The position numbers and the translations under genes were made by a program. A stretch of DNA of 64,000 nt from Psammoneis japonica. Lineage: Eukaryota. The notes under the pieces were generated by a model, which saw nothing but the letters and a program-made list of their open reading frames with translations, was not told where the DNA came from and searched no databases. Below are positions 1 to 13,539 of this stretch, piece by piece (positions within the stretch are counted from its first letter, which is position 1; every line of letters starts with the position of its first letter). The stretch is taken from assembly GCA_008632985.1 (NCBI GenBank), contig QPGO01000022.1, positions 682,001-746,000 of the forward strand, given 5' to 3'.

Positions 1-63
1 GTTATTTATCCTTTCGTATCAGAATCACCTCAAACCTTGTTTTCGCTCACTTTTCGACTGCAG

Positions 64-3049
64 ATCAACTTTTCCCGACTTAGATTACCGCCCGCACGAT
101 TTTCGTGTGGACGAGAAGGAACCACTGACAATCAGGTTAACGACACGCACTGTAGGATCAATGAGGGGAGATCTTCGTCTGAGAAATGAAATCGTCCCCC
201 CTAGTGGTGTTCGAATGGTTTGTCCTCCAGAAGCTGTCACGATGACTTTCACGCAAACAGGGAAATTGGTTAAACTTTGTTCTGGTTTTGCGATGGATCG
301 GCTAGTGGGAAACACGGGAGGTCTGTGCGGTGTCATGGGTGCAGCTGCCGTAGCTGGTGTTCCGCCCTCTGATTGGGAGGTGTATCCGGTCACAACCGTG
401 TTGCAGCGTTTTCTCGGCCGACCTGTCGAGCAACTTGAGGAACCGTCAAACTTTCTCGCACCCTTTCCGGAACAAGTCATGATACAACTTGCCAAGGGTA
501 TCATTGCAGCAGACATGGCGGAGCTCGATCCTGATCTACTTGATCCATCCTTTTCGTTCTGTACTCCTTTTGTTGGACCAGTTGACAAAGAAAGTTACAT
601 AAAATTATACGCAAAGGTAAGAGAGGTGTGCCGCTTTCAGCATTCAACTCTCGCTTTTTTCTCCGTATCTCAATCAGTTTTCTTGTTGAAATCGAGGAAC
701 CTCAAGAAAGTTCTTGGCAAATCGGACCCTGAACTGACAAATTTCCGTGTTGATCCGTACGATCCATACCGAGTTTGGTTAGATGTCCTCCCCGCTAGTG
801 GATGTCCACAAGCGATGTCTTTTGCCTTTGATGACGACGGATTTTGTACAAGAATTACCGCGTGGGCTGTTATGGATCCTTCAGTTGGTGTGTTTGTCCA
901 AGTGATCATGGTCTGCCTGTGTTGTTGTGGCTATGCATTTCTCACAACCTTTTGTGCTCGTTTAGGCAAATCTGGCGGACTCGGTGGGGAGAACGGCGTT
1001 CAGTACGCCAGTGGTTCGGCGCCTCCTGGTATTATCGCTCGTCCGTTGCCACAAGTTTTCGGAAGATTGCAACAGAGACTTTTTTCTATCGTCACAAAAG
1101 TGGGAGTTGATGAATACCGTTTAGAGGGAACATCACAAGATGGAGCAGAAGTGCGAGACAAAAAAGTGATACCCCGTCCGCCCGCAGTTCCAAAAGAATT
1201 GATTCCTAAACGCACGCCTGAGAAAATTTTACCTACAGCCACATCGCCATTTTCACCTTTGTCGTTGCAGCCCAAAGTAGCCAGTTCCAATGCCGCCTCT
1301 GAGAAGAAGGTTCCCACGAAGAAGCCCCTGTCGCCCCTGTCATTGAACGCTCCGACGCTTGCACCAAAGAAGCCATCTCAAAAGACGCCGACCGCCGGCA
1401 CCTTTTTTGCAGGGCGAAAATCGATCTCCACCCCGACGCAGGCGAAAGGTACAAGGAGCCTACCATCGAAGCAGAAGCCAATCAAGAGACAATCTAAAAC
1501 AACGAGAGCTGCTGTACAACAACAGAACCTCAAGGAACAACAGGCTAAGAAAGAGAGACAGAGGGAAGAGCAGATGAAGGCTAGACAAGAGGCCAAAGAA
1601 CGAGCAAATACCCTCGCTGCGGAAAGGAAGAGAGCGGCCGAACTCAAGAAGCAAGAGCAGGCTCGTCGCCAAGAGGAAGCGCGCCAGCTAGCGGCAGAAA
1701 AGAAGAAAGAGGCGGCACAAGCTGCTGCTGAGCGTAGTCGTCAGCGTGCAGAACAACGGGCGGCAAAAGAAGCCGCTATGCAGGTAGCAGCTGAAGCGAA
1801 ACGTAAGGAAGTAGAAGCTAAACGAGCTGCCAGTGCCGCCAAAGCTACGAAAGCTATGGAAAGTGCGAAGCCAGGAGCAACCATTCCCCTATTTGGTTTC
1901 GGTGGAGCTACAGAAACAAAAGATGGTGTTTCTAAAATGACACGTGCAAAGGCAACGAAGGCAGAGGCTAAAGCGAAAGCTACGAAAGCAATGGAAAGTG
2001 CGAAGCCAGGAGCGACCATTTCCCTATTTGGTTTCGGTGGTGCTACCAAAGCCGAAGATGGGAGCAAACCTAGCGCTTCTTCTAAAACGAGACGTGCGGA
2101 AGCCACGAAGGCAGCAGCTAAAGCTAAAGCTACGAAATCTATGGAAAGTGCGAAGCCAGGAGCGACCATTTCCCTGTTTGGTTTCGGCGGTGCTGCCAAA
2201 GCTGAAGATGGGAGCAAACCTAGCTCTTCTTCCCAAGCGAGACGGGAGGCTATTAAGAGCAAAGCCGCGCGTCAGAACGAAGCAATGCAGAGAAATCAGG
2301 CGAAACAGGCATCGCGTGCTGTCGAAAAGGCAAGCCCAGGGGCAACCATATCGCTGTTTCCATTTGGACGCGATGCTGAGGACGACGTAGGCGCCTCTTC
2401 CAAACAGGTAGCACCGAAGAAATCAGCCGGCCCGCGAGGTGTTCCAAGAATATCCGGTTGGACTGAAAACAAAGACGGTTCAATCAGCGGAAAGATTTTC
2501 GGGGCCGCAGGTTTTAGAGAAGGAGAGGTCGTAACTACTTCTCCGCTACGTGGCGCTGCCAGCGGAGGACAGGTAGTACAAACAGTATCTGGTTCGAAGT
2601 GCGTAGCTCTACCGACTGTTCCTTGAAACGATTCTTTTCTTGCTTGTTGTCCTAACTTCCTTTGCCATCATTGAAATAGGTACTACCTGGAGCCGCAAAG
2701 CCAAAACAAGGATGGCGCTGGATTCTTCGGTCGATTTGGTGGGAAGGCACAGTCTACCTCCTCTCCGACAGACAAAGCCGCTGTTTTCCGAAGACAAAGT
2801 AGCCCAAAACAAGAAGTCAACACGTTCAAGCGGAAACCAAGTGAAGGAAATGCGAAAGCCGCACCTCGTGGTGTTCCAACGCTGACGAAATGGCGCCAGA
2901 ATTTTGATAAATCTTTAACAGGACAGATTTCAGGCTCGACCATGTTCGAGGATGGAGAGAAGATCACCACATCTGAGATTACGGTGGGCGACGTATCCAA
3001 AGGCTCGGTTGTGCAAACATCTAGTGGGTCCAAATACTTTTTGAACTAG
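64..3049 (+). CDS. 5'-truncated multi-exon gene: NTF2/SnoaL-like algal domain(s), Lys/Ala-rich coiled coil, 4x KPGATISLFGFG-type repeats and two C-terminal ~60-aa repeat domains
   Basis: Acceptor cag at 61-63, then DYRPHDFRVD...PPEA...AMDRLVGNTGG, with a second degenerate copy (NFRVDPYDP...PQAMSF...VMDP). Introns at ~888-965 and 2600-2679 (gtgcgt...aatag). Last exon reads PRGVPTLTKW...VQTSSGSKYFLN* with TAG at 3047-3049. The intron near 617-696 is not resolved. Confidence 0.7.
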
Positions 3050-3517
3050 AAATAAGTCAGCAGCACACATCAACCGTACAGTACAGTAGGCCCTAGGAAA
3101 CGATTATTAAGGACAACTGAGAACATTTCTGAGAAACGTCAGATGGCAGGTTCATAATGGCACTCATTCTTTTTACAGTATTATGATGAATTTTCAGATT
3201 CGTCCTGCTGCATCCTTTTGATGCACAAGTACTGTCATGTCGCTTTTTCAACGTTTAGAAGTATGAACCTACAGTAGTGCCTAGGGCTAGAGGACCTGCC
3301 AATACTGTCGATGGAACGGTGTAGATTTAGAATTGGCTGGATCGATGCGTCGGTGGTCTGCTGTCCGTTGACTTGCGATTGCGCGTGACGCGAGAAACGT
3401 ACGATGTACGATGTACGATACGATGCGACGATGAGGCGCAACAGCCTGACCACCGCACAACCGCAATCCGAACCCAGCAGCCAAGCAAGCAAGCAACGCA
3501 ACCAAACATCGGCAAGA

Positions 3518-4261
3518 ATGGCATCGAGTTCAGCACCACTCACCGTTAAGCCTTTCTTTTACATTAAAGATTCACCGATTTATTTTGATGAAGATTGGAA
3601 AACAGGCATTGGTGGTGCTCTTTGGTCAACAGGCCTTGCTTTGGCTAAGTACTTTCAATCTCACACTTCAGAAGTTCGGCAGTCGATGCAAAGAATTCAG
3701 CAAAAGCCTTTGTCGGTTCTGGAATTAGGAAGTGGGAATGGTTTCCTTTCTGTTTGTCTAATGGCAGCCGCCGCTGACCTTATCGAGAGTCTGGTGATTA
3801 CCGACACTGCCGACCACCTGGGGCTGATACGGGACACCGTTGACAGAAACTCGCACATAGTAAAACAACCAGACAATTTGACGTCTCCCAAAGTGATTAT
3901 TACAGAGCATGAGTGGGGTAAATTCGAATTGGATCCAGAGGTTTCCTCGGGAAATCAAGCAGCGACGTTGCTGGATGGTGGACAACACTTCGATTTCATA
4001 TTTGGTTCGGATTTGTCATACCGCGAACAACTATACGATCCGTTGATTTTATCTCTTAAAAGGCTTTGCCACGCCAGGACCGTCTTTCTTCTAGGAGTCA
4101 CAATGAAAGATACTCTCCCGAAGTTCTTTCGTTGTCTGCGGGAGGCTGGATTTCACTACACACGCTTGCCAGACGACAAGATGGCTGCAGAATTTCGTGG
4201 GAAGATGTTTGGTATCTTTGTGATTCAGAAACGAAAAAATCAGACAGTACGACTAGATTGA
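3518..4261 (+). CDS. Methyltransf_16 family (METTL21/EEF2KMT-like) protein lysine methyltransferase
   Basis: Motifs GIGGALWSTGLAL, VLELGSGNG, ITD, HEWG and FDFIFGSDLSY; ATG at 3518 is in frame with ORF 3404..4261. Confidence 0.88.
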   Translation: MASSSAPLTVKPFFYIKDSPIYFDEDWKTGIGGALWSTGLALAKYFQSHTSEVRQSMQRIQQKPLSVLELGSGNGFLSVCLMAAAADLIESLVITDTADHLGLIRDTVDRNSHIVKQPDNLTSPKVIITEHEWGKFELDPEVSSGNQAATLLDGGQHFDFIFGSDLSYREQLYDPLILSLKRLCHARTVFLLGVTMKDTLPKFFRCLREAGFHYTRLPDDKMAAEFRGKMFGIFVIQKRKNQTVRLD

Positions 4262-5268
4262 AGTGTAGTTCGTTTCCAGCTACACTATTGTTTGAACAGC
4301 GGAGGAGAAACCGCGGAGGGAGTGGATAGAGACATGTACGAGTCTGTACACAGCCTGTAACTGAGGAACCGCCGGCTGCTCATTTTCTTCACATTATCCT
4401 TGCCCACTGGGACTGGCGAGAGGCTAGAGCAACATACGGTATTTTCCGACTCACTGTCTTACTGTTGCACAACAAGTTCATGCTATTCGTTTCGATCCTC
4501 AACCGCACTACATAAGGCTTGGATAAAAGCTCAACTGCCAATGGAGCCTAGAGAAAAGAGGAATGGTGGAGATGGGAAGGATGCGAAAAGCATAGCCGTA
4601 CATAGGTCTAGTCTAAAATTTGTTGAGCCATACGTATGGCCTTAAGCTGAAAGCATTGGGACCATGGGACTAGGCCTACTGTAATGTGTATCATAATATT
4701 TTGGCCAATTTTCGATTTTTCAAAAAGATTGATTCAGTGTCCGTGTATAAAGGTTTTAATAAAAGTTGGCATTCGCCATTCAATCCGTTGAATGGAAAAG
4801 GCATATGTGTACGTACTTGTATTATTAAAACTAATAAGTACTTTTATCTAATAGTGCATTTGCACGACCACTTTTATAACTCTAAGTTATGTGTACATGA
4901 ATACTTCTGCGTGGCAACATGATTCGATCTGATTTGCCCTGCGTCCCGCGCCGAAATCGAAACACACCAATGGGTGCAAAAATCACATCGTTCCGCCTTT
5001 TTTGTGTCACAACCTGTACTGCAAACGACACTCTCCCAATCAACGACTATTTCACCCCGCTGCTATTTCTACATCGCCTTGACTGAAGCATTTACTTCGG
5101 CGCTATCGTTGTCTTTTCACATTCCGAAAGCGATCCGGGAAAGAGAAGCTACGGTACGAGGAGTCGGAGTGACCTGTTGTGCGTCGTAGTACTGAGTCGT
5201 GTAGATTTGTACGTGGAAAGCTCGCGTCTCCGCTTGACTTACTTTTGACAGGGGCTCGTTGCAGTTTG

Positions 5269-8200
5269 ATGCCGGTTCCAGAATCGCAGCTTATTTCAAT
5301 GCCGAGACACCCATTACAGCCACCGATGCACTCCTCCGTCAACAGTCTTCCTCAGGTGCCACCGCTGAAGCATCAGCCGCCTACAAGCTCTTCGAAATCC
5401 GATCGCAGCAGGCTGTGGCGCACTCAGAGTCTCGATGAGGGAAGCACTCGTGGCATCTCTAGGTGTCATGAAGGCAAAGCCGACGATGAGAATCGTTTGG
5501 GGAGTACTTCTGAAGTCGTTGCGCTACACAACTCATTTGACGCGGCGTTGCTCGAAAGCGAAAAGTCTGACAATTCGATCTTCAGCATGGATAAGAACGA
5601 GCGTATGAACGCTTCGCCGCGAACCAAATCTTGGGATGAACGCGAGGTGCTGAACGATACCTTGGGGGAACTCTCTGGAAGAAAGCACTTGCGTCAGAGG
5701 GCTCAATCAACGGAATTGCTTCAACCCGATACGGTCCGTAAGCTACCGAGACGAGGGACGGAGGGAATCTCAACGCCTGGCAGGTTGCCCGTTTCAGTAC
5801 CAGCTTCGACAAAGAAAAGCACATTCGGAAAGCTGACACCAAATTCGGTGACAAAACGACGCCAAAATACCCAATATCATCATCAGCGGAAATCTCCGTT
5901 GAACAAGGCTCATCCCTCGAATTCGCTTAACCGCATGCCACCGACTCCAGCCTCGTCTTCGAAGTTGCGGCCGCCAACGCTGACACCCACAAGGTCTACC
6001 CACTTTTCTTGGCCTGCAACTCTTGTCAAGGCGTCCGCTAGATCGAATGCTACGGGGATCACGACGACAGAGACTAGTGTGGATACTGACAGTCATGACA
6101 CCTCATCACCATCTACAACACCATTTCGATTTTCGTCTTTCCCGGCGTCTTTACCTCGCGTCAGCAACCCCCGCACGGACGATGGACTATACACGAGTCC
6201 TCTTCCTGTTTCTGTGAAGAAGCACATGACTTTTGAAGACAATAATAGCTCAGAAGTTAAAGGGCGGCCTGGAAATGACAAGGGCTCACAAGCTGCAACG
6301 TCACAGTCGTCGGCATTCCCTCTGAACATGCATCCAGGTCAATGTTGCGACGATGATGGCACACAGAACTCGAGTTTTAGTAGCTGGTCCGGCGAAGGTG
6401 GTCAGCACATGGCATACGTTGCTCCGTCAGTGCCCCCAACGGTGTTAGAGTGGAAATCTCCGCCTTCAGATCACGATGATGACATGGATACTGACGAGGC
6501 TGACAGAAAAGTGGAGGCACAGGATGTATTTCCCTTGCAGACAGATGCTCGCGACGAATATGGCTATAGTGACGATGAGGAGCCAGCTCACCTGGGTGGA
6601 GCCGTCGGACGGACGAGGCTAAACTTTAATTTAGTGCTCAGTCCCCCTCAACCTCGGGCGTCCGCAGATGCACAAGGAAAACAGGCGCCAAGTATTGGTG
6701 ATGGGAAGAAAGGTATGGCTGGTTCATTATTTGGTTCTCATAAATGTTTCCTTCCTGAAATTGATACTTACCAAATCTCATGGCTCCATATTCTCTATCC
6801 GTAGTGTTTAAACCTACTGGTGACAACAGTAAAGTTGACCTTTCAACAACTTATGAACAACGACGTACAAACAGCTTCCCCTCTTCTGTATCGTCCGATA
6901 CACCGCTACGAAATGTTTCTGGTTGCGACGACTCCGTGACTGCCTCTTCGACGACTGCATGCAGTCCATCGAGATCAGGTGCCGGGAGCGGACCTGTGGG
7001 TGCTCTCCTCGAGGGGTTTCGTCCACAAACACCTGAAGAGGTTCAGATACATTTCAAAGTCGATAATGCCCAATGCTCACCCATTCCTGGTATCCTTGAA
7101 GACGAAGGAAGTAGCGAAGCCATGTTAGCTCCAAGATTTAGTGAATGCAAATCGAACAAGGAGCCCATGGCTGATGATAGTAGCCGCACGAAGCTGCACA
7201 TCTCTCGATCCGAAGAATCAGGTGGCAGCACATCGACAACAAGCAGCAAGATGCGAAAGCTGCGTCCAATGCCCGATATATCCGCTTTTGAAACTGGCGT
7301 TAGGCCACGCAGTCTGTCGACTTCGAAGAACGAGAAATCGGTTGAAAGCAACTCGGCACAATCTTTTTCACCAAAGCTTCTTTGCCCTCCTACTCCTGTT
7401 CGAACTCCGGCTTGGGCTCACGCCGAAGGGAGTACTTTGCCCGTATTCACCCGAGCCAACTCATTGATTGTTACCAAAGTGCTTGCCACGTGTCCACCGC
7501 AAGTCTTGGATGGCCACACTTCGCTCGAGAGCTCACTTTTGGATGATGACAATAATGCCTCGAGCGCCATCGAAAACCGACGCGCCTCTTTGTCTTTTTC
7601 CACTGTAGACGAGGAAATGGACAAGTCAGATACCCACGAGAACGAGACAAAAACGACGGCTGATGTAACTGAAACACTGGCTAAGGCGAAAGCAGGTCGA
7701 GAGAATTTTACTTTTGATTCCCCTCCACCGTTCCTTTCCGTAGACTCAATGGTCATGGAGGCCGAGCCAGCTGTCGCTCGCCGATCTTCGTCGTCTACGG
7801 CAGAAGTTGCCAGAAAGCATGGCATGCCATCAGTGTCAGGTGGTAACGGACAAGTTGAAGCTACGCTATCCTTTGCATCTGAGTTTGAAAATTTGGGCGT
7901 GATTGGGAGCGGTACCTTTGCGGATGTGTATAAGGTACGATCTAGATCCGACAAACAATTGTACGCTGTCAAGCGGAACAGGCGAAGATTCAGGGGCAAG
8001 CGAGACAGAGATATTGCACTGACGGAAGTTCGAATGATGCAACGGCTGCAGAATGCGTGCGCTGAGACGGACACGATAATGGGTGACAAGGCTGGTGGAG
8101 AGACTTCAAAGAAGAGCCTTTATCTGTTGTTCTTCTTCCGGGCTTGGTGAGAAATCATCTTTTCACGCTTTTTTTTCGATGCTTTACTCGTTCGTACCTC

Positions 8201-9194
8201 ACATACCGTTTATGTTGGCCTTTCAAGGCAAGAGGATGGTTACTTTTTCTGTCAGACTGAGCTCTGCTGTAGACATACCTGCCGTGAGATGATGGAATCG
8301 CTTGGATCGCAATGGGCGACAGCCGCAAAGAACTACCCAAGTCTGCTACGAAATTTGCCTCCAGAAGCCAATTCTAGCGACGGTAATTCTTGTCAAATAC
8401 TTCCGGAAAGGACTGTGTGGAAGATTTGTCATGATGTGGCCGCTGGCTTGTCTCACATTCACCGCCACGGAGTTATTCACGCCGACGTGAAGCCAGAGAA
8501 CATATTTCTCGTTATTCACAGTAGGCTGGGAGCCATGTGCAAAATAGGAGATTTTGGGATGGCCCGCGACGTTGGGACGGTCGAAGATGGTCAGGAAGGT
8601 GACACCAACTACATGGCACCCGAGCTCTTATCAACTGGAGCAAAGCACCCAAGCTCCGATATCTTCAGTCTTGGCTTGACGATTTATAGGCTTGCAGCTA
8701 TTGCAACGTGGCATCTTCCGTCGGAGGGACCGAACTGGCATGAACTGCGAAGCGGATCGCATGTTCCAGAGCTTCCACCGTCTCGTGGCCCAGAACTTGC
8801 ACGGTTGATTCAAGAGATGATTCGTCCGGAGCCGGGAATGCGACCCACTGCCGATGTGGTCTTAAAAGGAACAGACGTAAGGGAAGCTGGTACTACTTGC
8901 GATGTTTTCCTCAGGGATTACATCAAAGATGTAGTGCAGTTCGATGTTACCGAAGAGCGGAGAAGACAGCTGGAGAGGCAGCTGTCGGTAGAACGGTGAG
9001 TAGTCGAAGTGGATAAGTCTCTTGTTGAGTAACGGCAAAATTGATAAACTCACATTCTTTGTTTGGCTTTCGTTTCTTTGCGTAGAGGACGAACACCAAG
9101 AAACTTGCCTTCCGAAACAGCAAGACGATGCCTAATGGCAAGAACGCCGACTCCAGAAACCGTGCCCATTCTCTTCTCGCCAGGTCCGAAATGA
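5269..9194 (+). CDS. WEE1: Wee1/Myt1-like protein kinase with long disordered N-terminus
   Basis: IGSGTFADVYK, YAVKR, AWQEDG..CQTELC, HADVKPENIF, KIGDFG, EGDTNYMAPE, LPSEGPNWHELR. Frame-consistent GT-AG introns at 6713-6804, 8147-8227 and 8996-9085. Confidence 0.85.
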
Positions 9195-9348
9195 AACCAA
9201 GTTTAATTCTACTACGCTACCTTTAGGTACTTCATTTTCATTTTTTAAAATCCTCTCTCTACCTACATATACCTTGAGAACTTTCTAGGGCTATAGTGAG
9301 TCATTTTCCATTTTCAGCAAAGGAATAAATCTCAAACTACTAATTCAA

Positions 9349-10098
9349 CTACTCCATGTTCTTCTTGGTGAAGTCTACAAGCACCGATCCAACAGCACTC
9401 TTTCCAGTTTCTTCTCTGCAAATCGTCATGTCCGGGTTGACCGTGTACAAGGGGGCATCTGCTGGGTAGTTTCCATCGGGGTAACAAACAGATAAAGGAG
9501 GAGGAGGATTGCGCATGCTATATAGAAGGTTTCGGAAAGAAAAAAATAAGAAAGGAAAGCTGCAAGCCAATCCAAGGAACATCGCTTTCGCTAACTCACA
9601 ACAAAGAGCCACCGGGCATGTATGGAACACAGTAGGGATCTGGGTGTGTGGCTTCAAAGAGTTCTTGCTTCGCTTCCTGATATCTCAAAGAAAAAACGTC
9701 GTTAGGCACTACGGTACTTCGCGGCAGTCGCCAATCGAAATTGAACCTTGCCCTCACCTTGATCAATCGAGATGCTTTCGACGGAGCGCAGCCTCGTTCG
9801 GCGTCAAATCGAGCTCTGAGGTTCGTTGCTTCTTCGATAAAAACGTCTCGATCCACAGCCCAGCTTCCTAGGACTTTGAGAGCCTTGCGATACAACCTTG
9901 CCACCTAAACGACCCAGAAACAACAGAAGAGTTATTTCGCGAAGTGCAGGGAACATACCGTTGAGTAGAAAATGTACCAGACTCTACTGAAGGGAAACAT
10001 ACCTCTTGATTGGAAGTTAATTGCGGCAATCGTTGCCGCGTTTCCCTTGCGCTGGCCAAGAAAGCATCATTGAGGACTTGAGGACGAATCGGCGGCAT
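9349..10098 (-). CDS. NDUFB9: Complex I LYR-family subunit B22 (NDUFB9), 4 exons
   Basis: Spliced product VARLYRKALK..SWAVDRD...RARFD...HPDPY.VPYMPGGSLF.RNPPPP; the exons are spread over ORFs 9868..10098, 9596..9904 and 9349..9657. Confidence 0.9.
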
Positions 10099-10728
10099 CG
10101 TACATACAGGATGATGATGTGATACCTAACTTTCTGTTTCGATTGACACAAGGCACCGACACAAACCCGCCCACACAACAACAGCGAAGTGCGTTCGTCG
10201 CCAGCATCGAGTCGATCGGCTCAAACAAAAATCAAAAATCTGTCTGTTTCGTCAGTGAGTCAGTCGTTAGGGTGTGTCATGAAGGGTAGAGCACCAGCAC
10301 GAAAACTGTTTTCTGTTTCCTCTCTCTAGCTAGAGGGCTACTGCTTTACGAGCTAGCTAGAGACTCTACTCTAGAGCTAGCTATTCTAGGCCTACTACTC
10401 TCTCTACTAGTAGTCACAGGCTCAGATATTCAAGCTCTAGAGTTGTAGCTAGCACTTCCTACTTCTACCATACACAGATGATGTTACTGTTCTTGGTCCT
10501 CTGAGCATTGTCTACCGCCTCAAACGCAGACCTAGGTTGTACCGCTAGTTTCCTGCTACAATGTAGCCAATTTCACAATCTAGTTTTTTCACTATTCTAG
10601 CGCCTTCAGAAATCGGCTCTCAGTAGTTTGAAGTTGTCTCTCTACTTGCTTGAACTCGTTTTGTTGTGGGAGAGGTTCAACGGATCGATGTCCTCGATCC
10701 CTTAACGAGAATGAAAGGCGAATGCCTT

Positions 10729-11478
10729 TTACTTGGAACGTGAATTAATTTCAGGCGGAGACAACCAGTCGGGGAGAGATGGTTCTGATGGGGGTGGGCT
10801 CTTGTCACCTGCAACTGCGGGCTCACCGTTTTCGGGCTTGAAAATTAGCGCAGCCCCGTCAATACAGTATCGCTCCCCACTTATGAAAGCCGGTGTACCC
10901 ACAAACAGATATCCGTCTGCAAACACATCACCCAAGTGTCCTCCACAAGTCTTGCATCTAAGCTCGGCACCGATTAATTTGGCAGTTGCAAAATTCACGT
11001 CTTCTTTCTCGACTCCGTCGAGTCCACGGGCAAATGAAGGCCATCCAGTACCACTATGGAACTTTTCTTTTGAAGAAAATAGGTCTGTCTCGCAACCTGC
11101 GCACTTGTAGATTCCGGGCCGCTCTTCGCTTTCCAATACAGAAGAATACGGTCGCTCCGTTCCGCCGAGTCGCAAAATGTTGTACTGCGTAGCACTCAAA
11201 AGGGACTGCCACTCCGAATCTGTTTTTTGAACAGCATATCCATCTGATCGAGACTTCAAGTTTCTTGCCTGCGCGTCTTGAGTGGGAATAGCAGTCGCGG
11301 CGGTGATTGTCGCCGCAGCGGTGTTCAACACGTCACGTCGTTTTCTGACATTTGATTCTGATTCGCGCTGAGCGAAAACAATGTGGCTCTTGTTTCTAAA
11401 ATCACGCTGTTTACTTATGACAAATGCATCGAGAGCGAAGAACCGCAATGACAGCAACAATATGAGGAGGGTGTGCAT
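10729..11478 (-). CDS. msrB: Peptide methionine sulfoxide reductase MsrB, probably plastid-targeted
   Basis: GTERP, YKCAGC, KFHSGTGWPSF, CKTCGGHLGDVF.DG, RYCIDGAAL; N-terminal signal peptide ending LDA-F. Confidence 0.93.
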   Translation of the reverse strand: MHTLLILLLSLRFFALDAFVISKQRDFRNKSHIVFAQRESESNVRKRRDVLNTAAATITAATAIPTQDAQARNLKSRSDGYAVQKTDSEWQSLLSATQYNILRLGGTERPYSSVLESEERPGIYKCAGCETDLFSSKEKFHSGTGWPSFARGLDGVEKEDVNFATAKLIGAELRCKTCGGHLGDVFADGYLFVGTPAFISGERYCIDGAALIFKPENGEPAVAGDKSPPPSEPSLPDWLSPPEINSRSK

Positions 11479-11816
11479 CTTCGTTGCTCTCTGAGTTCCC
11501 ATCTATCTACGGTACCTGGGGTGAAATCTGTGATCTATTTACCGTATCAATCATCATTCTGTGATCTGTTACTGTATGTTGTTGACACTGGCCGTCTTGC
11601 TTTCCCACCTGGCTAGCTGGCTGATCTTCCCACCATCATGCGCCGCCGCAGCCACACACAAAGGGAGTTGGGAGTGTGACACAAGACGCAAGATAGATAC
11701 GAAGGCAACAACATCATAATATCTAGAGTGTAGACATAAACGACAAATCGACTGAGTTTCCGAAAGTCTCCCGCTGCATCTTTTCTCTACGACTACATAC
11801 TATCAAACAAACCAGC

Positions 11817-13398
11817 ATGAGTAGTAATGCCGATAAATTCCTTAAAGCTGCCGCGGAGTTTCCTGACGATGCCCTCCCAGAACAGCGGGTTTACGAGCAT
11901 CCGCTAGTCAAGAGGTATGCAACGAAGGAAATGTCCTTTGTCTGGTCGCCTGCGATGAAATTTACAACGTGGCGAAAGCTCTGGATTGCATTGGCAACTG
12001 CAGAGCAGGAGTTGGGCATTGACATTTCGGATGAGCAGTTGGAGGAAATGCGCAGCAAACTCTATGACGTCGACTTCGACTTTGCAGCCGAGAAGGAGAA
12101 GGAGTTTCGTCACGACGTCATGGGTCACGTCCATGCCTTTGGAAAGGCCGCTCCATCCGCCATGCCCATCATTCACTTGGGGGCCACGTCGTGTTACGTT
12201 GGAGACAACACCGACCTCGTACAGATCCGAGATGCTCTCCTGCTCATCAAGCGCAAACTTGTAAAGGTTATTGCGATTCTAAAGGCCTTTGCGGAGAAAC
12301 ACCGCGATCTACCCACTCTTGGGTTCACTCACTATCAACCCGCTCAGCTAACTACGGTTGGAAAGCGCAGTACGCTCTGGATGCAAGACTTGCTGCTTGA
12401 CCTAGAACGCGTCACATACGAGATTGACAACTTGCCAATGCGAGGTGTCAAGGGAACAACTGGAACGCAAGCATCGTTTCTAGAACTCTTTGACGGAGAT
12501 CATGAGAAGGTTAAGGCGCTCAACAAACGTGTATGTGAACTCATGGGATTCCAGAAGGTTATTGCTGTCTCGGGCCAAACGTATACGCGCAAAATCGATT
12601 ATGCCGTCTTGAGTGTTCTCTCCGGTATTGCTCAGAGTGCCTACAAGATGTGTGGTGACATTCGCCTCTTGGCCAACCTTAAAGAAGTCGAAGAGCCATT
12701 TGCTAAGACACAGATTGGATCCAGTGCGATGGCATACAAGCGCAACCCGATGCGCTCCGAACGTGTCTGCTCCTTGGCACGATATGTCATGGGACTGCCC
12801 ACTGCGGCCGCAAACACACATGCGAACCAATGGTTTGAGCGGACTCTCGACGATTCCGCAGTTCGAAGGATTATCCTTCCAGAAGGATTTCTTGCCGTTG
12901 ACGTTGTCTTAAACCTGCTTGCCAACATTTCGGATGGGCTTCACGTTTGGCCCAATGTTGTGAAGAATCACGTCATGGCTGAGCTACCTTTCATGGCTAC
13001 CGAAGTGATTCTCATGGAATGTAAGAAGACAGAGAGGTGTGCTTTCGTGGGCTTCATTATTCCTTGACACTAAATTGTGTCTCTTTGCTTGATCTATTAC
13101 AGGTGTCAAAGCGGGAGGCGATCGTCAAGAATTACACGAGGCTATCCGAGTGTACTCCATGGAGGCTGGAGCGGTGGTAAAGGGCGAGGGCAAACCGAAC
13201 GATTTGATGGAACGCATTGCCAAAGACCCTTTGTTTGAAGCCGTCCATTCCAAGTTGGAATCGATGATTGACCCGATAAAGTTTGTAGGGCGGGCACCGG
13301 AACAAGTGGATGAATTCATCGAAGATGAAGTATCTCCAGTTCTCGAGGCAAACAAAGAACTACTTGCCATCGAGTCAATTGATGGAGTCAATGTCTAA
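11817..13398 (+). CDS. purB: Adenylosuccinate lyase
   Basis: [38 protein letters not shown] signature, FERTLDDSA; intron 13021-13102 (gtaag...acag). Confidence 0.97.
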
Positions 13399-13539
13399 AC
13401 TAACGGGTCTCCAAGATGGGACTCAGTTACTCTGTGGTATGTAGTGCATGTTGAGAACTCTTGTGATTAAAAGAAAAGATGTTAAGTTTGCGACTTGTGT
13501 CTGTTCTTTCAGATTTGAGTAGCGAGACCTCATTAATTT

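Noticed and set aside
85..2483. Antisense ORFs over gene 1 (and similar ones over other host genes)
   Set aside because: Shadow ORFs of the sense coding frame with no motifs.
4684..4925. AT-rich block as an inserted element
   Set aside because: No terminal repeats or coding signal found.
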